The notes beneath the pieces were generated by a model. That model was not told the DNA's origin, did no database searches, and saw nothing but the letters and a program-made list of their open reading frames with translations. Shown here in pieces: positions 26,163-39,335 of a DNA stretch of 64,000 nucleotides. The stretch lies in NCBI GenBank assembly GCA_050084985.1, contig JBITNC010000001.1, forward strand, positions 134,168,001-134,232,000, written 5' to 3'. The DNA is from Nageia nagi. Lineage: Eukaryota; Plantae; Pinophyta. Every line of letters begins with the position of its first letter. Within the stretch, counting starts at the first letter, position 1. The position numbers and the translations under genes are program-made.

Positions 26163-27506
26163 GAAATTTGTGTTAAATTAACCTTGTTTTTATGATAATT
26201 CGCTAAGACTTATGTTGATATTGAGCATATTGTAAAGCTCCTATAGCCTTGTTATGTAACTAGCCCAAAACTAAAGAAACTACTAACCCCTTATTATGTG
26301 TGGTTTTCCTTCTTGTTTGTGATTAAACAATCAACAAATGCTCAAATTAAGTTAAGTCAATGGTAAAATATGCACTAACTTCAAATGCTACTTCATCCCT
26401 GCTTCACAGCAAGCCATGCTACTTCCATCATGCCCACCAGGCCACGTTCGACCTCTCCACATCGTGCCTCAACATGTCATTGTAGAAATAAAGGTGAGTT
26501 CTCACTATGCCACCACTGTAGCCATCTCCCTCCACCACCACCTCTGCTGACATCTCCACCTTCACCTTTATGCATTGCTGTTCAGCTAACTCTGCTCAGT
26601 CGACAGTGCCTCTTCCCCTGTGCATGTTTCCTTTGCTCACCGATGTCATGCCAAGGAGGAAATATTTCTTATCAGATTCTATTATTAACATATTCATAAC
26701 TTTTTGATAATTATATTAATGCAACTCATCCTTTTGTACCTGGAATAACAAAATACGCAAGCCCCCCAGTGGAGCGAATAGAAATCCTATCTGGATGCGA
26801 AAGATAAGAGGTAAGAAAAAATAGAAAATGTGATCCTTTTCCCCCCATGTCACCCACACTTGGTGTGCACCATGTGTGGTTCATTTCCTACCTACTTGTG
26901 GTGTGTTGTCGCTAGCCCTGGCCTCTTAGCCCCCTTGCCCCTCCTCTTTGCATTTGCCCCCTCTCCTCTTTCGTCAAATAGACCACAACTTTTTTAATTA
27001 ATTGACTCTTTTGCAAATAATAAAGAGACATACACAAGTTGTACAAATAGTATTTTTGAGCTTTAAAAGTTTTGCAAATTACTTGATTTGAATTTAAAAA
27101 TCTTATTTATGGTTATAAGTGTAGTTGGTGTAAATATTTAATGATTATTTTTATATGGTTATTTTTAAAGAGAAGTTATATTTTTCTTAATAAAGAAAGA
27201 ATTTCTTAGGAAAAGAATGTTATTATAATATTTTTTTTTCTTCTTCTCCTATTATAAAGTAGGGATTCTTTTTAAATCCCTTAATAATAGGAGGATGTTA
27301 CTTCTTTAAGTAAAGTAATTTTTTACCTTTTTCTCTAAAAATGTGGGGGGGAGACAATGAAGTGTTTTTTAAAAAAAAAAGAGAAGTGGATATTAGTCTT
27401 TGTTTCCTTAAAGATATTATTACTTAAAGAATTTATGATGGAATTTTTTTTCCTCTCTTATCTTATCCTAACCTTGTTCTTGAAAATGTAAATAGGAGTG
27501 TTTGTG

Positions 27507-27758
27507 ATGTCTTCTAAGCATAGGAAAGTAAGATGTCTTATTGCGAGAATGAAGACTATTGACAAGAAGATGGAAAAGCTTTGGAAGAAAATAAGGAAGA
27601 TAAAATATGAAGATAAAATGCAAAAATGGTCAATCTTTGCAAGACAAAGGAATGAAATCATAGCCCACATGCTTCACTTTCAAACTTGTTATATAGTGGA
27701 CTACAATATTTTTATGATTGAGAAAATGGCTCTTCCTCTTGAATTGAGTCTTCCCTAA
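27507..27758 (+). CDS. Leader small ORF, 83 aa (unit 11)
   Basis: Intact ATG-TAA copy. Confidence 0.5.
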   Translation: MSSKHRKVRCLIARMKTIDKKMEKLWKKIRKIKYEDKMQKWSIFARQRNEIIAHMLHFQTCYIVDYNIFMIEKMALPLELSLP

Positions 27759-29117
27759 GCAATTTGTGTTAAATTAACCTCGTTTGTATGATAATTCGCT
27801 AAGACTTATGTTGATATTGAGCATATTGTAAAGCTCCTAGAGCCTTGTTATGTATTTAGCCCAAAACTAAAGAAACTACTAACCCCTTATTATGTGTGGT
27901 TTTCCTTCTTGTTTGTGATTAAACAATCAACAAATGCTCAAATTAAGTTAATTCAATGGTAAAATATGCACTAACTTCAACACTAACTTCAAATGCTACT
28001 TCATCCCTACTTCACAGCAAGCCATGCTACTTCCATCATGCCCACCAGGCCACGTTCGGCCTCTCCACATCGTGCCTCAACATGTCTTTGGAGAAAGAAA
28101 GGTGAGTTCTCACTATGCCACCACCATAGCCATCTCCCTCCACCACCACCTCCGCTGACATCTCCACCTTCACCTTTGTGCATTGCTGTTCAGCTAACTC
28201 TGCTCAGTCGGTGATGCCTCTTTCCCTGTGCACGGTTCCTTTGCTCATCGATGTCACGCCAAGGAGGAAATATTTCTTATCAGATTCTATTATTAACATA
28301 TTCACAACTTTTTGATAATTATATTAATGCAACTCATCCTTTTGTACCTGGAATAACAAAGTACGCAAGCCCCCCAGCGGAGCCAATAGAAATCCTATCT
28401 GGATGTGAAAGATAAGAGGTAAGAAAAAATAGAAAATGTGATCCTTTGCCCCCATGTCGCCCACACTTGGTGTGCACCATGTGTGGTTCATTTCCTACCT
28501 ACTCCTGGTGTGTTGTCACTAGCCCTGGCCTCTTAGCCCCCTTGCCCCTCCTCTTTGCATTTGCCCCCTCTCCTCTTTCGTTAAATAGACCACAAACTTT
28601 TTTAATTAATTGACTCTTTTGCAAATAATAAAGAGACATACACAAGTTGTACAAATTGTATTTTTGAGCTTTAAAAGTTTTGCAAATTACTTGATTTGAA
28701 TTTAAAACTCTTATTTACGGTTATAAGTGTAGTTGGTGTAAATATTTAATGATTATTTTTATATGGTTATTTTTAAAGAGAAGTTATATTTTTCTTAATA
28801 AAGAAAGAATTTTTTAGGAAAAGAATGTTATTATAAGATTTTTTTTTTCTTCTTCTCCTATTATAAAGTAATGATTCTTTTTTAAATCCCTTAATAATAG
28901 GAGGATGTTACTTCTTTAAGTAAAGTAATTTTTTTACCTTTTTCTCTAAAAACGTGGGGGGGAGACAATCAAGTGTTTTTTTTTTAAGAAAGAGAAGTGG
29001 ATATTAGTCTTTGTTGCCTTAAATATATTATTACTTAAAGAATTTATGATGGAATTTTTTTTCCTCTCTTATCTTATCCTAACCTTGTTCTTGAAAATGT
29101 AAATAGGAGTGTTTGTG

Positions 29118-29369
29118 ATGTCTTCTAAGCATAGGAAAGTAAGATGTCTTATTGCGAGAATGAAGACTATTGACAAGAAGATGGAAAAGCTTTGGAAGAA
29201 AATAAGGAAGAAAAAATATGAAGATAAAATGCAAAAATGGTCAACCTTTGCGAGACAAAGGAATGAAATCATAGCCCACATGCTTCTCTTTCAAACTTGT
29301 TATATAGTGGACTACAATATTTTTATGATTGAGAAATTGGCTCTTCCTCTTGAATTGAGTCTTCCCTAA
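29118..29369 (+). CDS. Leader small ORF, 83 aa (unit 12)
   Basis: Intact ATG-TAA copy, last before gag. Confidence 0.5.
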   Translation: MSSKHRKVRCLIARMKTIDKKMEKLWKKIRKKKYEDKMQKWSTFARQRNEIIAHMLLFQTCYIVDYNIFMIEKLALPLELSLP

Positions 29370-29975
29370 GCAATTTGTGTTAAATTAACCTTGTTTGTAT
29401 GATAATTCGCTAAGACTTATGTTGATATTGAGCATATTGTAAAGCTCCTAGAGCCTTGTTATGTAACTAGCCCAAAACTAAAGAAACTACTAACCCCTTA
29501 TTATGTGTGGTTTTCCTTCTTGTTTGTGCTTAAACAATCAACAAATGCTCAAATTAAGTTAAGTCAATGGTAAAATATGCACTAACTTCAAATGCTAACT
29601 ACAATTGTATATTAGGACTTACTAAACTTCAAATTACTTAAGGCTAAACAAGTACACTAATATGACTTACAATCTACTAACACTAATTTACAACTTACTA
29701 ACTACAAATTACTAACCTAACAAGCTACTAACCTACAACTTGTTAATTTTATTTATTTATTTATACAAATTTGTACAAGTTTCTTTCAATTGTAAATAAT
29801 ATTAAACATCGTTAATTTATATTGATTGGTTACTTAAAATTGTTATGATTGTTAGATGCTTGATGGTTATTTAAATATTTGTTAATTTCATGGTTGAATA
29901 ATTTTGTAATTGTCATTTGAAAATTGTATGTTGATGCTTCTTATGTTTTAATCAATTAACCTTTCTTTTGTAGAA

Positions 29976-32900
29976 ATGGGAGGTTCCTTTGCACTTAAGC
30001 ACATCTTTGATGGTTCCAATTATGGTATTTGAGAAACAAGGATAAAAGAAGAGCTTAAAGAATGCAAGCTTTGGAAAATGGTGAGTGAGAATCAAGTTGC
30101 CCAATAGAAGCTAAAGCACTTGAGGTCTATAAAAACAAGAATGAGTTTGAAGCTTCTATGATATTTAAGGTAGTTTCAAATCAAGTTCTCCTCATGATTT
30201 CAACTTCAACATCTACCATAGAAGCTTGGGATAATATTAAGAAGATCTACCTTTTTTTAATTTTTCGAAGAGGTTCACCATATTTCAAAAACTCTTGCAA
30301 TCTTATCAAAAAGATGATGAAGGTGTGGCAATCTACTTGAATAAGATAATTGATCTACGGACTCAACTTGTGAGTTCTATGTATAATTGAATTAATGATA
30401 AATTTATGATTTTCATCATCTTACAAAGCCTCTCAACAAAATATATTCCCTTTGTGATTGTTATTGAGATTAGGCTTGATGATAAAGAGGAAGTCTTCTC
30501 TCTTAAAAATATTTCTAAACTCCTCTTAAAGCATGAAGAGACCATTAAAAAGAAGGTGTTGATTTATTCTCCAAAGGAGAAAAATGTTTCTTTAAGTGCA
30601 ACTAATACGACTCACTTTAACAAGTTCAAAAATCATAAGAAGATCCCTCATGCTCATCCTAGTAGAAATGTAAAAAAGTATGAAAATAATCATCATGATC
30701 ATAAAAGCAAGTTAAACAAACTTCATGTGCTTAAGGAAATGTTTGATAGAAATTGTAACTATTATGACATCTATGGTCTCAAAAAGAACCATTGCTTCAA
30801 AAAAAAGAGGGAGAAAAATTGCAAAGGCAAAGATAATATGAACAAATTCAAAGAGAGAAGAATAAGAAAGGTGCTTATGTTTGTGCTCTTTATTCCAATT
30901 CTCATACTTTTACAAATGATTGGATTATGGATTTCAGTTACACTAATCATATGAGCTTTGAAAGGAATAATTTTGAAAACTTTCACAACTATAGGAAGGA
31001 TGTGGTAGTAATAGGAGATAACTCTATGCTAGAAGTTCAAGGAATTGGAAGCATCTTGATGAATGGAAATGTGTTTGAAGATATTATTTTTGTACCTAAA
31101 TTAGGAATGAATCTTTTTTCAGTTATTCAAATTGCAAAACATGGATATACCTTGGAGTTCAATTCAAACTCTTGGAGTATAAGGAAAGGGTTTGCTACCT
31201 TGATAAAAGGATTAATAAAGAATTACCTTTACATAGTTGATCAAGTGCTTACTAAGTTGTGCCTTATCTCAAATGTTTATTTTAAAGAAAACCTTTGGCA
31301 TCAACATTTATGTCACCTAAACCATAAAAGTATTCAACTCATGAAGGATTAAGATCTTATGAAAGGATTACCTCATATTTCACCCTCCATTGGCCTTTGT
31401 AAAACTTGCATCTTAGGAAAGATGAAGAGGCAAAATTTTGAGAAATATAAGGCAACTAGGGCATCTTAACCTCTCCAATTGATTCATTCAAATTTGATGG
31501 GTCCTTTTTAAACTAAGCCTTTTGGAGGAGTGTCTTAGGTCCTTACTTTTATTAATAACTTTAGTAGGATGAATTTTGTGTATCTAGTAGAGAATAAGGA
31601 TCAAACCTTTGACATGTTCAAGGAGTTCATGGCCTTAGTAAAAAATCAAACTAATCTAAAGATCAAGATGCTAAGGTTCAATAATGAAGATGAATACATG
31701 AGTAATGAGTTCAATGACTTTTATGCAAAACATGAGATCAAAAGCTAGTTTATTATCCCTTATACTCTGTAATAGAATGGTATTGTAGAAAGGGAGAATA
31801 GGACCATAATGGATATGGCTATATGCATGATGAAAAATACTCGTAAATGTTTATGATGTGAAGTTGTTAGCACTTCTATCTACACTTTGAATAGGTTTTC
31901 CATAAAATCAATTGAAGGAAAAACTTTATACAAGGCATCGATAGGAAAGAAACTTGATATATCACATCTAATGGGTATTTGGATGTGAAGCATTTTCCTT
32001 CATAGTTTTTGATAAAAGGAAGAAGTTGAATAATAAGTTAGAAAAATGCATTTTTGTGGGATATAACAATCAACATAGAGGGTATAAGCTCTACTCTCCT
32101 TCAACAAAAGTATTTTGTTTCAAGGGGTTAAGTTTAATAATATTTCTAATGGCTCTTATTCAAGTGAGGTATTTGAAGACTCTTCAAAAATTCCTAAGTG
32201 GTTGGATATCTCTTTAGATAAGTCACCTTAAAAGAAAAATTCTCCAACTCAAAGGATAACTATAAGCATAAATTTGAATAAATATCTCCTTTCTAAAATC
32301 AATATTCATAATGAGCCTTCAACCTTTAAGGAGGATTATAAACATGCTTATTGGATGGATATTATGGATTTGGAATATGAGATGCTTATGAGAAATGAAA
32401 CTTGGGACTTAGTTCTAGAATCATTGTCAAAGAATGTAATTGGAAAGAAATGAATTTATAAGATCAATTAAAATTTAGAGGGTGAAATTGAAAAATATAA
32501 GGTAAGGTTAATGGCTAAGGGTTTCACTCAAAAGTATGAAGTTGATTATGAAAAAACCTTTACATTAGTAGAAAATATGGTTATGTTTAGATTGATCCTT
32601 ATCATTTGTATAGTTCAAGGTTGAAAGGTACTTCAAATTGATGTAAAGAGTGCATTTCTCAATGATGATTTAGATGTTGAAATCTTCATATGTCATCCAG
32701 AAGGTTATGTTGTGTAAGGGAGATAGTCCCATATGTTCAAGATAAAAAAGTCTTTGTATGGACTTAATCAAACACTAAAAGCATGGTATAAAAACATTTT
32801 AGAGTATTTTGAATCTCTTGGGTTCTCTAAAAGCTACTTAGATTCATATCTTTATGTGCTAAATGAAGGAAAAGATTTGGTCTTTATTCCTCTCTATGTG

Positions 32901-34350
32901 GATAATATTTTGATCACAAGGAATAATATGGTGATAATAAATGATTGCATAACCAAAACTAAAGTAGAATATGAGATAATTGATCTTGATCTCTTGCACT
33001 ACTACTTTTGTATGCAAGTGTATCAATGTAATTATTGTACCTACCTTAGTCAATCTAAATATGTATCAGATATTTTGTAGAAGTTTGTAAGGGAAGAGTG
33101 TAAGCCTATGGTTATTCCCATTTCTCCTAGAATCAAACTTGAGACTAGCTCAAACTCTCAGTTGGTAGATGCTACAAAGTACAAACAACTTATTGGTAAT
33201 CTTCTTTATTTGATTATCTCTAGGCTAGATTTTTCCTATGTATTGAATTTGATGGTGAGGTTTATGCATAATATTTATGTTGATCATCTTCATGCTACTA
33301 AAAATATTTTAAGGTATATTTAGGGTCCAAAAAATCTTACTCTCAAGTGTACTAAGTTGCCTTCTTTTATTCTCTTAGGGTTCTCTAATTCTGACTATGG
33401 GGATGAAAAATATGATAAGAAATCTACTTATGCCTATGTATTTAATATTGGATCAAGTGCTATCTCTTGGAATTTCAAGAAGCAACCTATAGTCACTCTA
33501 TCTACTATAGAAGCAAAATATAGATATATGACTATTATAATCCAAGAAATAAATTGGTTCAAGCATATTTTAGAAGAAATTGGGTATGAGTAGGTTGGCC
33601 CATCCTTGATATCTTAAGATAATCAGTCAACCATTTCTTTGGCCAACAACCCTATATTCCATTAGATAAAAAAATATATTTAAATCCAAGAATATTGTTT
33701 GAATTTATAATGCATTATTGTAAAGGTTTGTATTAATTTTCTTTGTAAATTCACTAATACTTAATGTTATCAATAGATACCTTAAGTATTTAAGTGAATA
33801 TGATAATGTAACTTGTACTACACTCTATATCATGAACATGCCCCTTGGGTAAAAGGGAGTGCATGTCATGCTTTTGTACATTGGGTAAAAGGGTGATCTA
33901 AAGAGGGTGTTTGGCCTATAAATATAAGGCTTCTTATTTGTGATTACACACCAATTTGTAGAGTAAAGTTATGCTATAAGATAATGTTTAGAAAATAATA
34001 TTAGAAGAATTGTAAGAGATTCATATTTGTGAATGAAGTGAGATCTAGTTAGTGGATGTACTCTTAGTTGGAGGAATCACTTTACATCTTGAGTTATCTT
34101 TATGAGATTATCTTATTTGAGTTATTGAGATGTGATATTGAGCTTTCATGAGATCTTGGTAGTATAGGGTTGTTTATATTATATTTCAATCCCTTCAAAT
34201 ATTTCATTAGGGAGAAATTTTTGGATGACACCTTTCATCTTTAGTATTTTTTATCAAACAAAAACTCTATTGATTTGTTCACCAAACCCCTTTCTAACAC
34301 TTAGCTCTATAAGCTTTGGGGGTCTCTCAGGCTAGTGAAGTTACTGTAAA
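29976..34350 (+). pseudogene. Degenerate copia gag-pol of B (RNase H interrupted by solo LTR)
   Basis: MGGSFALKHIFDGSNYGI* (copia gag N-terminus); DWIMDFSYTNHMS protease; LWHQHLCHLN; HSNLMGPF; IDVKSAFLN; LYVDNIL; GFSNSDYG..KSTYAYVF..ISWNFKKQPIVTLSTIEAKY; FIREK..DLFTKPL. Confidence 0.95.
33696..34197 (+). mobile_element. Solo LTR of a related copia family, TSD AATAT
   Basis: TGTTTG...CCTTCA flanked by AATAT (33691-33695, 34198-34202); removing it restores IQEY|FIREK in RNase H. Confidence 0.93.
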
Positions 34351-34464
34351 GGGGAAGTGAATTGTGAAATTTTGTTGAATACATTTTTTATGATGAAAAC
34401 TTCAATCCTACGAGGATATTTTAGTTGTATAGTGTTGATATTTTTGTACACTTATATTTTTTGG

Positions 34465-34640
34465 TTTTCCATGTGTGAGGAACTAGTATGTTCATGTTAA
34501 CATTGTTTAGTTATCCACATGAGATGAAATTATTTGTACACTTCTTACACTATATATTTATCCATGTGTAAAGAACTAGTATGTGTATGTTGGCACTATT
34601 TAGTTATCCATGTGTGAGGCACTTGTATGCACATGTTTGA
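34465..34640 (+). repeat. Degenerate ~45 bp tandem repeats in 3' UTR of B
   Basis: Recurring TCCATGTGTGAGGAACTAGTATG-like motif, about 4 copies; similar repeats in A at ~3855-3960. Confidence 0.65.
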
Positions 34641-35136
34641 ATGTATATCCTATTTTTTGATACTTATAATCAACACATGTATTTCTTATACAATAGGTGA
34701 CTATGAATTTGATTGGCATATTTGTGATTACTTATAGTGCACGATTTGATCAATTTATAAATGGTATTATTTGATTCATTTTTTATATTGATATGAATGT
34801 ATGATACATCTAATTGATCTTGTGTATGATCTTCTTGTAACTTGTAGGTTTCTTCTTGAGATTGGAGGTTACTTACTTCGAGTATGCAAGCTTATGGAGG
34901 CTCATTTTATCAACTTCTTGTTGAAGACTACTTCTAATACATTAAAAACATTTATGATTGATGGTTATTGTATTATAAACCATTTGTTAATATGGTCAAG
35001 TAGTTGAGCCTTTTATAAGATCTATTACTTCTCAAGATGTAATGTTCTTATCTTCGATTATATCTATTATGGAGGAGAACTCTCATACTATCTCTCTCTC
35101 ACTCTATCTTCTCTACTCACTACCCAATTTTACATT

Positions 35137-35145
35137 AAGGGGGAG
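35137..35145 (+). promoter_or_regulatory. Polypurine tract of B
   Basis: AAGGGGGAG directly before TGTTAG. Confidence 0.92.
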
Positions 35146-35601
35146 TGTTAGAATTCCTAAGGCATTATTTTTTGGTATCTAAAATGTGTTTCACTTAATT
35201 AATCTAGATACTAAAAGTGTTTAGAAATACCTTTTTAGTATTTGAGAATTAAACAAGAAAATTTTTTCCATTCTTACCTCATGTAAACCTTGGATTAAAA
35301 GGTGAGTTGAGATAGAGTTTTATATTATGAATAGATGGCTTGGCCTTGTTGTAAATATACTTGAATAGAGAAAATTTATGCTCATAATTTATAGGTTAAT
35401 AGGATGAGAGAGAGCTTGTAAGAATTATCTTTTAGAAGTAAAAGGTCTTGAGTTGAAGTGGAGCATTCTCATCCTTGAGAGAAGACATTATACATGATTG
35501 TCTCACTTATGTGTGATTGAGTGATTGTATCTTGATTTGTTGTTTATAAGTATAAGAACACTCCAAAGTGATCTTGGGTGTAGGAGGATTCATGTATTTT
35601 A
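35146..35601 (+). repeat. 3' LTR of B
   Basis: Collinear with 9159-9619; terminal CA mutated to TA; followed by TSD TAGAA. Confidence 0.93.
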
Positions 35602-37466
35602 TAGAACTATGAAATCATAAGGGAATGATGATGTATATTTCCCCCTCTTTTCCTTAGTTGTGAGATGGAATGTCTTTCATGTAGTAGAGTCAACCAAGGG
35701 AAAATAATAACCGAAAAAAGAATAGAAAAAAATACCAAACTCCAAGCATATATGTGATGGTAAACTCATAAAAGATATAGTTGTGATAGCAAGAGTAAAT
35801 CATAACATTTTATTTCATAAAAAAATGATATAGGAAGCAAGAGAAAGGATGAAATTAACATAATATGCATACATTATCATGACAATACCAAATATCCTAT
35901 TCTTAGATATATATTAGTAAATAAATATTGAATGTTTTATTCTTAGATGCATACATAAAAGATCATAATAATGTGCGTCAACATCATCATGAGGTATATG
36001 CCCCATTCCTAGATGTAAACATATGATCATAAAGAAAAATATGATGGTTAATATCCCAACCAACAAATTAGATCATAAAGAATGTCATACATCATCATGG
36101 GTTGCAAATTCCCTATTCCTAGATTTGAATAAGATATGCCAACATCATCAAAAAACTATTATGGTTAATTTTATCAAATCTTTTTCTAAGCAAGGTTTAA
36201 ACATTTTTGTAGAATCCATTGAAATTTTTTAAAAAGGTTTATATTTTATATTTTCTCCACTCAGAAATATCAACGTTAGAATAAGTGCAATATTTTTCTT
36301 CATAATGTGAGTGCAAATGCTAATATGGGTGGGAATGGTCAGGCTAGCAAAAATTTTGGTATTTATTATGCATAATAGCTTCATCTAAGTCATATTTAAT
36401 TACAAAAATAGTATCATTAGCAATAAGCATCATATTATCATGACTAGTATCATTCAAAGTAGTATCATCAATCATAGAATCTTGACTATCATTATCATTA
36501 GTTTGAGTATCAACATTATCAATGGAAGCATTAGAAATAGTTATATCATAATCAATTTTATAAATACTGGTATTTTATTTTAAAATAATAACATGATCAT
36601 TACATAAAGCAACATTTTCTTCAACAACATCATGAACAACATATTCCTTAATAATATCATCATTCTCAATTTTGGTATGTATGTTACTTACCTCATGAAG
36701 CTCACCACATTTGAAATTTGTAGTAGGAATATGATTATGATTAAAGATGGCATATAATGTGATACATAAAATAATACATAATGATATTCCTTTCACACAT
36801 ATTAGTATGATAGGACATAGAGCAAAAAATAATATGATAAAGCATGACATACATGTGGGATATATTATGGAAGATAATATGATTAATGTAACAAATACAA
36901 TTTCACATAAATCAGTAAAGGAGCATTAGTTAGCCATTATGTGCAAGATATGAATTCCAAAAATCACCAATATGTCCCAATAATAATTATATATGAATGA
37001 GAAAAACTTTCAATGAAAAAGCTCACTAAATTGAACAAAAAAACCTTCAAAATTAAGGGTTTTATGTAAAAATTAAATTCTAGAAAAATTTCATCAACTC
37101 CAAATCTCATGAAAATACAAGAAAACACACCCAATTTCACCTTCTAAAAGTTGTCTACCATGAATATCTAGGGTTTAGGAAAAATTATAGGGCACAAAGA
37201 GCCACCAATTTTTCAAAAATTAGGATCAAAATCTAGAGTTTTGAAAAAAATGAAATTCTATAAAACAAAAATACCCCCAAATTTTTAATAATTTCAAAGC
37301 AATAAGGCTTTCTAATTTTGCAAAAAATTAACAAAATAAAGAGCCAATAAAACCTATGACTTCCTATGAAAAATTCCATAGAAACTATGATGTCCTAAAA
37401 TTAAAATTTGAAGTAGGTTTATGAAACACTCTCCTACCCTAATTAAGATATGAATATGCTATAAAA

Positions 37467-37477
37467 GGTGGGCACCA
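37467..37477 (-). promoter_or_regulatory. Primer-binding site of T (tRNA-Lys-like)
   Basis: Minus strand TGGTGCCCACC 3 nt after LTR end TCAACA; equals TGGCGCCCACC with one CpG transition. Confidence 0.7.
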
Positions 37478-37480
37478 ATA

Positions 37481-38318
37481 TGTTGAATGTTTTTAGTTAC
37501 CCCTAGGATAACCTAAGTAAAAACTATACTAAACATTCACACGTGATAATATGCAATACTATGCAGAAAATAGAATAACAAAAAATACAATAATCTAAAA
37601 TAATTGAATAATAATATAGTGCATAGATGAAGAATTCAAATTATTGGACTAGACCTAATGCTAAATAAAAGTAAGGGAATAAGATATTTGATAAATAGTT
37701 ATCACCTTACTTGGATTTCAAAGAAATATGCAAATAGGAACTTATCATGGTTACATAATCTTGATAAACAAACTCCACACCAACAATAGATAGGAAAAAT
37801 AGAGCGAGTATGCACAAAAGCATGAATGTTGAGCTCACAAATGGTATCATGGATGCCAGAGGGAGTGTGAATGCTAAGATTTCAATTAGTAGAGTTCATA
37901 ATGAAGACCTAGATAGTAGTATGATAAATAATAAGCTTATTCTAGAATATAATAACAAAATAAAGAATGATAGAGCTCCCATTATAATTAAACCTCTATC
38001 CTAATAGTAGGTGTTGAAAAATACCTTAAAAGATAATAAGAATGAGAATATTAGGAAGATATTTAATGATGAACCCATGTGAGGTCTTAACCCTCTTATA
38101 GGAAAGTGTACTCCTTCATAGGATGTCTTAAGGCTAGCATTGATGTTGGATTAAATACAAGATTAGAAGGACACCACATAGGTAATATTCCATAACAAGA
38201 TGATATAACATCTAATCATATAATGATATAATAAACTATTTAATAACATGAAATAATATGATTATAATATAACAACTAAGTGAGTTCACCTTAGGGGGAC
38301 TAAATTTAGGTATTAACA
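37481..38318 (-). repeat. 5' LTR of T
   Basis: Minus strand TGTTAA...TCAACA termini; homologous to 8398-9044. Confidence 0.87.
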
Positions 38319-38805
38319 ATTGCAACAAAACATCTAGCTATAGCTTATGTAATTCATCACCCCCAATAACCTTTTATTTTTAACTGGGCTAAGTTCTTGC
38401 TTTTATCAAATTAACCAAAGGTTTTCTATATTAAAATGGTTGGATGATTTTCATTACCAATCCTACATATATTTTTTGGTAGTACACTAACATCAAAAGG
38501 CTTTTCCCAAATGGTGGCCCTCATTTAGTGGACCATTTGACTGATATGTTGTATGATGGAGGATTGTATTATGATTTTGTTGAGTTTTTCTAGGTCTTAA
38601 ACTCTCATTATTAAAATGCACTCAAACATCATGCCTTGAAATAGGTACTAGTAGTCTTTTAAGAATGAATATGTTAGAAATATGTGACTAGTATTTCATA
38701 AAATAAACATACCATTATTCATATATATGGCTTGGGAGGTATAAAATGAGACTATCATTATTTATTATATATTGGTTATTCAGTATGGATTATTGTTGAT
38801 ATATG

Positions 38806-39335
38806 TGAAGGAATTGAAGGATTCCTTAAAATCCACCTAATATCACTTTGGATTTAATCTTCCTAATATTAAGAATATGTATATCATTCAAATAAAGATA
38901 ACTCAAGCATGTATAGTGGTTCCTCCATCCATGGAAGTACATCCACTTGAACCATATCAATTATATTATCTCAAGAACTCTAGGTCTCTCTATAACTAGA
39001 AGCATATTTAATCTTCCTACAAGATCAATATTTCCTCAAACTACAAGCATGGGAGATGTGTTTTCCATAAATGTATTTTACATAAAGCCCAAGCCCTCCT
39101 TTTATAGATGAAAAAATCCCTTTAACCACCCATTTACCTAAGAGGTAATATCATGAGTTTATCCACTCTTTTACTCAAGGGGTATGCTCATGAGCTTGAG
39201 TTTAGATCAAGTTTTCCACTTAGATTCTTAAAATATATTCTTTTAAGTATTATGTGATTTTACATAAAAGAATTATTATTTCTTATATACAATTTAAATA
39301 CTAACTTATACTATAATACATTATATGTTCTAACC
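38806..39335 (-). repeat. 3' LTR of C
   Basis: Collinear with 50594-51121; adjoins PPT. Confidence 0.9.

Larger units (their letters stand above)
10355..29597 (+). repeat. Tandem array of 12 units of ~1.60 kb derived from the 5' leader of B
   Basis: Unit starts near 10355, 11966, 13564, 15171, 16769, 18376, 19985, 21594, 23190, 24794, 26391, 27999 (motif TCATCCCTACTTCACAGCAAGCC); spacing ~1596-1611; ends AACTTCAAATGCTA at ~29597. Confidence 0.98.
9159..35601 (+). mobile_element. Full-length Ty1/copia element B (26.4 kb owing to leader expansion), TSD TAGAA
   Basis: Paired LTRs 9159-9619 and 35146-35601; TAGAA at 9154-9158 and 35602-35606; PBS-like site at 9622; PPT at 35137; decayed gag-pol 29976-~34350. 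Confidence 0.95.
8398..38318 (-). mobile_element. Minus-strand LTR element T (probably Tat/gypsy-related, no gag-pol seen), split by insertion of B
   Basis: Two homologous LTR copies (8398-9044 and 37481-38318), PBS beside one and PPT beside the other; internal region only 9045-9158 plus 35607-37480. Confidence 0.78.

Noticed and set aside
10355-29597. Array as 5S/45S rDNA or a tRNA/snRNA gene cluster
   Set aside because: No rRNA, tRNA or snRNA sequence recognised; the unit's 3' half is homologous to single-copy leader sequence in C and D.
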